Shown one piece after another: positions 47,839-60,796 of a stretch of DNA of 64,000 nt (the first letter of the stretch is position 1; the number at the start of each line of letters is the position of its first letter). The stretch lies in NCBI GenBank assembly GCA_020536535.1, contig JAHLWZ010000127.1:3841-67840 (forward strand). The letters run 5' to 3'. Made by a program: the position numbers and the translations under genes. The stretch comes from Pelomyxa schiedti. Taxonomy: Eukaryota; Protista; Evosea. Below the pieces are notes generated by a model. That model had not been told where the DNA came from. It worked only from the letters and a program-made list of their open reading frames with translations, and made no database searches.

Positions 47839-50800
47839 TTACAGCTTTGCCCTTGATTTCTGCATAGGTGATTGTGATTGGGTGCTGACTTGTTGCCTTG
47901 AGGGGGACAGTGGTGGAAGTTCAAACATTGGTTCTGGACCAGCCCTGAGCTTGGCCAAAGTAGCTTTTTTCTCACTTATTTGAACCGCTTGTTGTCTAAC
48001 TTGTTCTGATAATCTCCTGAAAGCCAAAGTGTGAGAACCGAATCACTTTTGTTTGAACTTGTACTTGTTGCGTAAAAAGAGCTGAAAAGTATCTACTTGC
48101 GCTGTAGTGGCACTTGGGTGCTCTGCCAGACGTTTTTATTGTGCTGCTAGGGAATAGAATTTTGGCTTACGTTGCAAAAGGAGCTTCTTCTTTTCGGCTA
48201 CTGCAACAGTTCTTTTCTCAATATCCTCAGAAACTGATTGGTTCTCCTTTGCCTTTACCTTTTACTCTGTTAGTCATTTGTTGGAGATAGTTTGTGTCGG
48301 GAGTAAATACAAGGGTTCCAGCTTTGAGCCGGGAAAGTTTTAGTTTAATATCTTCAACTTGGGCCTGATACCTCTGAGGTATTTAAGAGATAGAGCGAAA
48401 TAAGATTGTATTTTAAACAGACCTTCTTGCCATTTTCTGCTCGTCTCTCCAATGCTGCAGTCGCCTGTTGCTGGGAATTTGTGCTGTCCCTCTCTTTTTC
48501 AGCGCAACCAGGTTTTAGAATCTCTTGGAGGTTCTTGGTCACTCTCTGATAAAAAGTAAGCACCCCAGTGGGAGATCGAAGGAAAGTTCACCAGTAACTG
48601 AAAGAACTTGATCTGTTCCTGAAATTCCTCGATTCGCATTTCCAGTCCTTGAAGTTCCCTTTGGAGAAGCCAATTTCAGAAAAATGAAATGCCAACGGTA
48701 CGCACCATTTCAAAGTCGCAATGTTATGTTTGACCCCCATGAATTTTGTCAAAAGCTTAACTTTTTTGCTTGATAGAGTCCGAATATGTTGGTTTAGATC
48801 AGAAATTGGAGACATGTCCATAAGGAGGTAATCATCAAAATTTCCGCAGACATTGCTGTCGTCCACCTCCACCTTTCCTGCAAGTTGACAATGCAGGTTG
48901 AGATTGTTTGCAAGGTACCTGGCCCTGCCTCAGTGAGAGTATCATCTCAGTATTTTCAGTACTCCACAGGGATTGTTTCTTGAATTTGAGCATTTCGGAA
49001 AGTGTGCAGTCCAATGTTTGTTTAATTTGGTTGTTTTTTATCTCGGCTGCAGCAAGAGATTCTTCTGCTTGTTTCAGGGTTCCAACTGCCTGAGCCAGCT
49101 TTTTTTGAGTTGCGATGAGTTCTTTTGTTGTGGAGGATTTTCTCGAGCTTATGATAGACCTCAATTTCGGACTTTATTTTCTTATCACGAAGCGATAACA
49201 GCTCTTGCCAAGACTCATTATCCATAGAATCAGGCTTATCTAAGGGGTGAGTGAGCACAGATACTTCTCATCTTGTGATCGGAACAACCAACATCTTCCA
49301 AGTATAATTCTTCAATAGGTGGTATAACTTTGAGAATACCACTCACAGCAAGAGATGTTTTCACATCATAAAAGTAAGGACCACGAGAATTACTGTTTAC
49401 CTGCAGACAACAATTTGTGTCGAAAAAAAAATGTGAAGGGACCTTTTTCCTGTCTTGGAATACTTTCAGAAGGAAAGGAGCCAGTTCCCTAATCTCAGCT
49501 TACAGAATAAGAATCTCTGCAAAATACAAAAAGAAGGAAACCTCGCTTCCCAAGAAACTTTTGGAAGCTTAGGTCTAGGGAACTGTTATCTTCTTGTTTC
49601 GTTGAAACCTCTCCGTTGATAGACTCCACGATACCCTTGTGGGATTTAACAAAATGGAAAAAGGGTTCTCCCATAAACACCTTCAATTCTTGCACTCGTG
49701 CCTGAGATTTGGTCTTTTTCTTTTTGAGAACCTCTAGCTGTTCAGTTAATCTTGATTCCTGATTTAAATAACTACAACAAGAAGAGAACATATTTTCAGA
49801 GAGAAATACTTGTAAAGAAATTTCTTCAATTATTGACATTCTCATGCAGAGTTTGACTATTTCCAACTCATCCTCAAAAATAAGTTGGTCTGTCTAAATG
49901 AAGTATGGGGGTCACTGAAGGCAAGGGAAAAGATGACTTACAGTGACTCGTTTTTTACGCAAAATGTCCAGCCTCTGATCAAAATTATTGAATGCTTCTA
50001 AAACTGCCTTTTCAATTGTTTTCAATTCATTCTCAAGTTCCTCTGTGTGCTTTTTTTTTTCAGCCTGCAGAGAAGTTAAGTTGCTCCACTTTCTGAATGA
50101 ATTCAAACTTGGTACGTCTGCTGCCGGTCTTCATGTTCCATTAACAACCTGGCTTCTTCTTCGGTCAGTGACAGTCCCTTATCTTTTTTTGTGAGGCACT
50201 CCGTAAGTAGGGGGCCCATTTCTACAGTTCGGCGGGCCTCCCTATTTGAGTAGCCAGGCAGCGTTGGAAAAGGAGTAAAATAGTATATTACTTTATGTCA
50301 GGAGTTCCTCGCATCATCTCCTCCAATGCTCTTGCAAGTGATTGGGATTCCTGAGGGGATGCCACAGGTTCATGGTTTCTGGCAGCTGTATCCTCTTCCT
50401 ATTCCCCTATGTTACTGATATTATGCTTTTTTTTTTTGTTACCACATTGGGCTGCCCTGGATTGAATATACATTCTGGAGTCTCACTATCAGATAACTTG
50501 GGAACAGAAAAAGAGGGAGCTATCTGGAATAAATAAGTGGTAATGACGAGGTAGCAAGAATTACATTCAGTTCACTGGAAAGTTTATGGAGGCGGGTAAC
50601 TTTAGACCCAAGAGCACTAATCACATCCCTCTTACATTTGAGGAGTTCCCCAACTTCAATATTGAAATCCCTCTTTGTAAATAGATGAGTTTGCGCAATT
50701 TGTAAAAAAGGGTCAAGTGGAATACCAACTTTCAAATCGTAGATCAAGCACTGCAGAAGTTGGATTTGCGTATGAATTCGATAGGGGGTGTTCAAGTCAA

Positions 50801-53800
50801 AGGGGTGATACAACAATCTTCTGAGAAGTGGCTCAGTGTCACCCTCAATTGTTGTGCAAGTTTCACCACTTTGCTCTTCTTCAGCCGGGTGATCAGTATG
50901 AAGAATCGGAGGAATAAGTGTAGCAGCTTTCTCGTTCATAACTGATTTCCATCTCAAAGAACCAGTAAAGAGGCCTCCTTTTTTTTTGTAGCTTACAAGT
51001 GGTTCTCCCTGACGCAGGGTCAGCAGTAGGCTATGTACAAACCAATTTGCAAATACGAGAGTTTTCATTTCAGATTGCCTAAGAGTGACAATTTGCCGTC
51101 TTCTATCAATCTCTAATGGAGACAGAAATTGCAGAGGGTAATTGGCTACTTGGTGCTTTCCACCTTCTCCCAGTGAACTCACAACCAAGTCATGTTCTTG
51201 TTCAGATTCCCAGTATAGTTTCTTGGAATATAAGTGTTGAGGCGGGAGTGTGAGATAAACTTTTATCCTTTCGATTAGATATTTTTTCTTTGCCAGTTCG
51301 TTTTGTAGGTTGCTTATAGCTGTTTCCATCCGTTCCCGAGCTTTCTTTTGATGATTGAGTGGACAGTTAACGAAATGGTAAAGATGGAAAGAACACACAG
51401 ACCAGTTGTAAGATTTCCCTTTCTTTAATATTAAGGCACAACTGAGTTGAATTCAATTGCTGTTCAGTGGGTAGTTCACTGTTACACAACACCAAAGAGT
51501 GGTACTGTTCGACGAGATGGACTCCTTCTTTAAACAAAGATTCACTCACTTCCTAACACCAAGTAAAAGAAGGTTTGGAATCATGTAATAGAACTTTCAA
51601 GGAAGCAGAATCGCCGGATTTAGTAGCAGTTTGGGTTGGCTCAAGGCAGTGGTCTGCAGCATTTTTCAGAGTATTCTGTACTATTTCCTGACCCCCATAA
51701 GGTGAGATTTTTATAACGCTGGCTGTTCACCTCTAACTGACTGTGATCAAATAGATCTGGAGTGTTGTTGACTAACGATGGCCTTTTTTCTGATGATGGT
51801 GCTTGTACGGTATGGCACCAAATCACTGATCCTCCTTTTAGCCGTGAACGAAAAGAACACATGTATCAAACTCACCTGAAAAAAGAAGGTATTGCCCATC
51901 AAAACTGAATGCAAGGTGAGCAATTCCTTGGGATCCAATGGAATCACAGCCATGCAGAACAGTAGATTGCTGTAGTTGAGTTAATGACGTACGATGCCGA
52001 AACATATTCAAAGTATTTGGCACCTTAAGTGAATCCAAACTTCTCAAGAGCACTACTCCATCAGCACCTCCTGTGGCAACCATGTTCGCCTGCTGAGATG
52101 TTGAAACACACATGGTTACCTTGTCATGACACTTGTACTATAAATTTTACTGAGCAGGCAGTTTGCCAAAGTTGATTACCTCTTCCCTTGGCTCAGTGAC
52201 TGAACTCTCAGAATTTTGGTCTGGGTCATGCATTGCTGTGGGGATGAGGTATCTCACCAGTTTTTTGTCAGTTGTTGCGAAGATACACTGCTTGTCTTGA
52301 TTAATTCTAGAGTATACAGGTCAACAGGTGTTGTAAAATAAATGGTCAAGTGCCTTGGGTCACAAATGATGAAAAGGGCGCTATACATGGTTCTAATCAG
52401 TCTTTTCTGAGGCAAGATTATGAAATGGTGTTGGTAAAGTGAAAATAAGTACTTGAATATCCGAATTGGAAAGAATCATGCTTGTGCCGGGCACATTAGG
52501 TGCTCTAACTTGAAAAATGTTTCCTCCTCCCTTTGTACATAGAAATACCTTTTGATAGATGGTAAGTTCTTTCTACGCGAAACGTGATAGTACATGATCA
52601 TCAAAAGCTGACCAAGACAGAGATGAAACTGGTTGCTTCATATCGTTAAATCCCATGACCTTTCAGGCCGAAGTCAAGTTTTTTTCGCCAGTATGTAGAT
52701 GTTATTCATACTTTAAATGAAGGTCTAGATGCATCTAAGAAGCATATGCATCCAGATTCTGATGCAACAACAAGGAATTTACCATCTTTTCGAAATGCTG
52801 CCTTTGAAACGTAGGTAGATTAATAACTTAGACAAAAATACTAACATGTGAGATTGCAGACTTGAATACATGAGCTTGAAAGAACACTTTCATGATTGAA
52901 TTTGCGTTAGTTGTAGTTTCAGGGGAAACTGATATCACTCGAAGAACACCTGGCAGCTAAGTTAAGATGGGGCTGCCAACAAGGTTTCTCTTCCACACCA
53001 CTTTTTGAACCAACTGCAACAACGCAAGAATTGGGACAAGAAGCTATGCATGTAAGGGGCTCATTGAAGATTCTTTTATAAGATGATGGTAGACAAGTTT
53101 GGGTGTAGCTCCAAATCAGAAGTGTGCCATCTAAAGCACATGAGACAGCAACATGCCGTTTTCCTAAGGAACACAGTCCAGAAATGGCCACAGTATCTGT
53201 GTTATGAAAAGCACACACCTTAACAGACAAGGTAAGAAAGAGGAGAGGTGGCGATGGGTGGTGTGGTCTAACCCTCAAACTACTTGGAGGATCCACTGCT
53301 GAAGGTGCAGGGGAAACCATATGCAATCCTGTAGTAGTTCCAACAAGCTGAAGCGAGTTGGTTTGGTTGAGTTTTGTGTTCATTGTGTAAATAAGTTGAG
53401 GGAGCACCATTTTGGAGCTGTCGTCATATGTGCTGAGTGAAGTGATGTCCGAATCCATGGAGATCTGCGTTTTAACTCTATTGTCATCGTGGGACACCCA
53501 AGCAAGGCTTCCATTCTGGAATACAATTCAATCTGTCAGTACTCATGCACCGCTAGTGTTCTATGCACCAACCTCGTATCCAACAATTATGTACAGCTTG
53601 TTTGATAGCAGTTTAACAACAGCAGAAGGGATCCCAGGTCTTATCTCCTGGGCTGCCTCACAAGCTAGAGGGGCACACAAATAAAGTGAGGATTCAGAGT
53701 CAACAACATTGCTGCTGTGAGACGGTGGATTTGTGCAACAAATTACATGGTGGCTGCCATCCCAACAATGAAATCCAAAATGTTGTTCTTGAGAGTTACC

Positions 53801-54922
53801 TTCAGAAAGTCTGTAACTACTTAGATGTGCACAGAAATATGTTCGTACATTGAACCAGGAAGTGGTTTAATTTTAGCTCGGCTTCCTTTGGAATTAATCT
53901 TCAGGAACACAAGTCCATAAAAGCCAGTGGCGCAGAGCATGGTATCGTCCAAAGGATCAAAGGATACATGAATGTAGCTGACAGACATTGTCACCTGGGC
54001 AATTATTTCCCCTGACATAACACCCCATACAGCAATCTAAAGGCAGTGTGGGAGTTTTTTTTTTATGTGAGGTGCCCAAGTACCTTATGATCTGGTTCAG
54101 AAGAATGTGTTACGATGTAGTTACCACTGTTTGAAAACTGAATACAGGAAAACTTCAGTGATGCCCCTCCTTATAGCTTGTCAGAGGAAAAAGAAGTTAA
54201 TAGGAGAACAAACCTCTCAAGGTTGAAATAGGAACAAGAGAAGGATAAGATAGAATAACCACATTTGGGTTCAAGCCGATTTCTCCAAAAGCAACAAACT
54301 TTCCTTTGCCTTTCACAGGTTAACCACTAAAGAGACTTTAGAAGAAACTGACAAGTTGCAATTGGTCCAACAGCAAAAAGTGGGTGTGTACACCAAAAAT
54401 GGCGTGTGGACCCAGTAGTTATGTCACAAAACCTGGGGAAGTAAAATCAATTTCACAGGACCCACAATGCATTGTAGGAGGCCACGGCTTATACTATACA
54501 CCGCTCCATACATACGTGAGTTTTGTGCCACATCCAGCCACAAACACGTGATCATCCACCATCACAGCAGGGCAAGTCACCCCAAGTGACACACATTCAT
54601 ATCCCACACCAACACCAATCCCATAAGTTGTTCCCATTCCCATGCCCGTTCCAGTTCCAGAGAACATTCCGAATGCTGGGCCAGGGCCAGGACCGGCACC
54701 TCCTCCTCCCGAAGACCGCAACCACCCACCCTTACGCCCATCAGCGGAACCCATAAGCCGGTTGTTGTCAACCACAAGAGCCCCCAGGATCGACGGGGCG
54801 GAAGTGGAAGTGGCTGAGGCCCCCAGGGGCCTCAAAGGGGGTGGCACGGGCAAGGATATTGCTGGCGCTACGAGGCCCCCTGTTGCCGCTGCTCCTGTGA
54901 CTTGCGTCGCAATTGGGTCCAT
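47839..54922 (-). CDS. CFAP43: Cilia- and flagella-associated protein 43 (WD40 repeats + long coiled coil)
   Basis: N-terminal WD40-like repeats. CFAP43-like segments: LLYHPFDL.T..RIHTQIQLL, FDQRL..L..KR..ELEI..L, W..L..LR..KI.SE, LRQGQVEV..I.DLN..IR.L..KKV. Confidence 0.75.
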
Positions 54923-55227
54923 TTGATTGTTCAGTGTTACTAGAACGGTTTCTCGCCAAGGCTGAATACTTCAGGGGCGCAAGCCATATGGGTTCCCGAG
55001 TATGAACACAAGATGTGCCTCTGAGGAATACCGACTTTCAGCAAGCTGGATCTGGAGAGTAATTTTTGTTTCTTCCTCAGAAGGAAGAGGGGAAAAAAAT
55101 GACAACGTGGGCGCTTCGTTGTTACGGGTGCACCTTTTATCGCCGTGTTGGAAAAAGACAAAACTAATAAGTAAACAGCAACAACAAACAAAGAACAAAG
55201 ACAGCCATCTACCGAAGCAAAATATAA

Positions 55228-55843
<616 letters not shown>

Positions 55844-56070
55844 CCGGAATCATCCACATGCACACTTAATAGTATTGTCAGCTCATGTATATTATTGTTC
55901 TCACTAGTGTGGGACCAATGTAATTAAAAAAAGAAAAGTCTTTTCCCCACTTGGTATTACACAAAGCATGCTTTGCCATTCATTATTTGTCCAACAGGTT
56001 TGTAAGCGAAAAAAATTTACACTCTTGGATTTTATTCACAAATTGGGTACAAACAAAAGTGTGCAGTACC

Positions 56071-58000
56071 TCACAACTTCGATGTTGAGCTTGTTGGTGG
56101 AGAAGAATCTGGGAAGAATGCTTCCATGTAGGCATGGAATGATTCTGTGACATCCTGCTTGGTCAGACCATACATTTCAAGGGTGGCTGCAGCACGGCCG
56201 TGCTTTCCTTGTGGGTTGTCAACAAGGTACTGCTTCATGGCATCCCGCGATTCAGCACTGAAAAAGCGGGAGAGTTAGTGCAGAAACACCCAGAGGCAGG
56301 TCTTACGTGAACGGAATGCGGAAGTGAGAATAGATTCTCTGCACTGCAGCAATGGGGTCGGCCATCAACTCTAATTGAAATATGTCAGTGGGCTTACTTG
56401 TGTGATTGTATTGTGGCACTGGGGGCTCTGTAGATAAGAAGAGGTACCTTGATAGTTCAAGTTGAAATATTTCTCTGCTGGTGTGTTGTGCTGCCATTCC
56501 GCTATCTTTCCAAATGCATGGCTCCACAGCTCCAAGCTAGAGCGGCCGACTTTCGCGCGGTTGAAGGTGTTTGGGTACCAGTTGATTGAAGTGTATGCCT
56601 CGACTAAAGCACACCAACTTGCAATCACTTGTGTGGGGTCCCGGTGCATGAAAATAACTCCAGCATCCTGAAAAACCCTTGAGAGGGAGTTCAGGTAGAG
56701 TGAATGGAAGGGGCACTTGAGCACCCAAGCTTCTGTTGGTGCCCATCCCTGAATGTGAGGTGAGTGGGAGTTTTTCATGAGGTCTGCTCATACAGAATTT
56801 TCCATTGTAAGAAACGAGCACAACCAATGGTACAGATAGTCTTTATTTTCATCCAAAAGGAATTGTTTGTACTCGGGAGAACAATCCATCCACAGAGAAA
56901 AAGAAACGCCCAGTGTGCCTCTTTTGGATTTATGAGTTTCGTTTTGCAAAGAAAACATAGGAATTACAGGATAAACAGTTCCTCCTCTACCATCAATATT
57001 AGTCAAGACGGAATACGACAAAAAAAAAACATACCAACGCTCTCCGGTGAACTGAAGTGTGACCTATTTGCACGCTCCCTGATAATTTGGTGAACTCCGT
57101 GTAAAGAAAATGGAGGAAAGGTACCTGAAACCAGGAAAGAGAAGCTCAAGAGTTGCTGAACTCGATGCTGTCTGAAAAATCGTGAGATTTTGTAGCTAGA
57201 AGGAGGAGATATTACTCTTGTAAGCCTGGGGTCTGTTTGCATAGACTGGCGCGAAGGAGCAGGTGGAACAGGGGAAACCATCTCGAAGGTATGGAGACAG
57301 CGATTGGCCAAATCCACATGCAGTAAACTGAATAAGGAAAAGGTTAGACGAAAAGGCAATTGTCATTCAGTCAGTTACTTGTGAAGAAGAGTGGTTCCCG
57401 TTCTTGGAAGGCCAGTTATAAAAAGTACCTTCCTAGGCCTCATTTCTGGTGTTAGAGGGGTGGCTCTCAAATACTTGGCAGCCTTAAACTACTTAGTACT
57501 GTTTTCGCAGGTGGAAGGAGCCACACCTCAATAGCTGAACACACGCCAAGTTGAGACCTTATCTGCCAAACAAATTTTGCTACCCTGGGCATATCTCGCC
57601 TTTCCACATCAGCCGCCCAGAGTTCCCATCCATCTACAACAGCGCTACAATCTCCCATCTCGGGAGGCGCAATGGATTCGAATTCTCGTGCCAACTTGTG
57701 GAATGGTAAGAGAAGGGAAACGAAAAAAACCCATTCACCACATACTGTACTAAAACGGGATTTTGAGAAGGCCAAAGGGTCCATGTGAAGCCAGCTTAGT
57801 CCCCAAGATAAATAGTCCAGACCCCAAGATAGCCATGACAAAGGACCCTGGTCAGCAGGTATGAAAAGTGGTTCTGCCTCAGGTGCATTTCCCTTTGGTG
57901 GTGTTGTAGCTGCATAAGAGACCCCGGACGACGTGCCTTTAGTAGCCGCAAGCGCCGCAGTTGCTACTGTTGGGCATAAGTCCTCGGTAGTGGTTTGCAT
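56071..58000 (-). CDS. Bacterial-type PAPS-dependent sulfotransferase (Sulfotransfer_3 family)
   Basis: FITGLPRTGTTLLH (5'-PSB loop), WVLKCPFH, IFMHRDP..VIASW, LMADP..AVQRIYSHF, GKHGR..YGL. Confidence 0.85.
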
Positions 58001-58325
58001 CCCAATGTGCTTGCTGTCTTTACCCTTTGCTTTTTCTTTTTCCGTTTTCTCGTTCCTTGTGAGTTCGCTGATGATGGCTTCCACTTGTTCCGTACGCAGC
58101 AGTAACAGAAACGGTGTGTTTTTGTTTTTTGCCTTTTCCGTGATCGCCGGGGCACTTTCACGTTCAATTACCCGTTTGGTGTTTGATGTCTCGCGGTGTT
58201 TGTTACTGTTTTTTCGCCTGATCACGGGCCCGCCATCCAAAACACTGATAAGGGAACGAAAGAAAGTTCAATGTGTTTGGTCTTTCGCAGGCGGGGAAGG
58301 TGATGTCACGGAAGTGGAGGAGGAC

Positions 58326-58592
58326 TTAACCCCTGCCGTCATCTTCATCGGCAGCGAGGTGACGGGCTGCGCCTGCTGTTCCCTTCCCAATCGTGTGTGC
58401 TTTGGGCTTCTTGGCAGCTGGTTTCTTGGTTGGGGTCGTTGGTGGCGGCTTGGCTGCCGCGGCCTTGGCGGCTGCTACTTCCTCGGGTGAAAGGAACGGG
58501 GAATAGAAACCAGCAGCCTCCGCTTGCTCTATAAACTGGTCCTCACGGTGATAGTGGCGCCTAAGAAACGCACGCGAGTTTAGTTGGTTGCT

Positions 58593-58624
<32 letters not shown>

Positions 58625-60734
58625 NNNNNNNNNNNNNNNNNNNNNNNNNNNNNNNNNNNNNNNNNNNNNNNNNNNNNNNNNNNNNNNNNNNNNNNNNNNN
58701 NNNNNNNNNNNNNNNNNNNNNNNNTTGAATCAAAATAGTTGTCAGTGAATACTGACACGGGTGAATTGCAAATAACAAAGAAAAGAGCATACTCCTGAAC
58801 TCCACCCTGTGAAAGTAGCATCTCCCATCAAGGCATCCCAACCACCATTTTCAAGCATATCGAGGCACACCCAACACCCGAAAACTGGAAATTGTTAACA
58901 GAAAAGTTGAGAGGGGAGGGGAAAAACCATTGGGATGGTAGAGTTTGGTGCAGATCTAGCGCTGAATGTTAGTGACCAATGAAAGAAAAGAGATAAGTTA
59001 CATTCACTACGGGGGGTTTCCTTGGATACTTGATGGAAAATCTGTGAAATTGTTACATGAGAACTCTTGAAGGAAAAACGCACTTGATAACCAAATGGAA
59101 CACAACATCCGCATAAGGAGTCTTAGGAGGTCCACCCTTAAGTTGCATTAACTTTAGGAAATATCCTTGAGAACTACCATATTACAATGCCAAACAAAGA
59201 TGTCACTTGAAAGAGGAACAGCAGACACGTTGTATATAACTGTTCGCTCTAGTTCCTTGATGTCCCTCATTAATCTTTTTTCGGCAAACGCTTTACTCTC
59301 ATCCGGGGTGAGCTTCCAAAGGTGAGGTGCTGAGGAAAAGGAAGGCACAGACTCACCTTGTGTGCTGCATCCAGTGCACTTGACTTGATTTTCGGAGGGT
59401 GAGATTGGTCTAGTTTTGCTGGGGCAGATGACGCAGTAATCTTTAGTGCTGCAGAATGCTCTTTCATGTATTTCGCATATTCATCAGGTGACATGTGGAT
59501 AAGTTCTCCATTTCGTACTATCCACCCGTCTCGAAGAAACAGTTCCACAGTTGTGGGAAGCTCTTCAGTATCACCCATCTCGAGAGCAGCAGCACGTTCA
59601 GCAGCCTACTCTCAGTGAATTGGTTTTCTAAGAAAAGAGGAAGAGACCTTGCGCTGGACAAGAGTTTCAACTGGTTCTGCCGTCTCGAGAATACGTGTTC
59701 CAGTACGAGTGTTTGCACCATGGCAGTCTGCCTCTGTTACCCTACACCGAGCTGCTCTTACAGCCTTGGCCATCGCATCATCAACTAGGTTGTAAGAGAC
59801 CTTCTTTGCAGCTAAAGAGTGTTAGCTGGGGAGAGAACAGGATTCAGAAAAAAGTTACGTTTTGATGGTGGGGTCCGTTTCCAGTTCTTGTCATTATTAC
59901 TGGAATAGAATTGGGGTTTTGAACCGTGGTCCTGCTTTATGTCCCACCATGGTTCCTGTAAATACTTGATTAGTGAAAGCTACTATCAAATAGTCTTTAC
60001 AGTCAATGTACGAGGAGCCTGCTGAAACTGTAAATCGCTTGACATAGCAGAAAACATGTGACGCAAAGACTCCTAGTTACCAAAAATAATATGAGTTTAA
60101 AACCGTAGTGGCTGTAACAAACCCTCATCTTCGCTGAAGATGACACCTCAGAGGCATATCTTCTAACTTGCTCAATGCTGTATTCTCGATAACATACTGC
60201 CTTGAACATGTACGTAACAAGGTGGAAGTCATTAAGAGTGAAATAAACTATACGAAGTGTAAATAAAATGGGGCTTTAGAACTCAATCTTAACACCTCCA
60301 CCAGATCTGCGAGAAATCTCCACGTAAAAAGGTGTGACCATCTGATGGGGGCTGCAGTGACAGGAATAAACCTTCACTCCTAAATTTCTGAACAATCTGT
60401 CAACAGCATCTCGCCAGTAGAAACCTCTATCAGTATAACTGAAAAAAATATTAGCCAAAGGTGTTGTGTCCTCTTCAATATTTATTCACCTTGGAGGATG
60501 AGGTTCACAATCTCCTATCATCACAAGAGCTTTGGCATGATTGGGAATCCAGCTCAGCTCATATGCTTTATGTAAAACATATTCATAATTTTCGGGGGCA
60601 TCACCACCTTGAGAGCAGGAAGTGAGAGGGGGGAGAGGAATATGGAAGTATGCTAACCACAAGTGCAAGGAGCATTCTTAACGAACCTGCACACTTGGTC
60701 CACTCCTGTGGGAACACTTTAGTACAAATATCTG

Positions 60735-60796
<62 letters not shown>

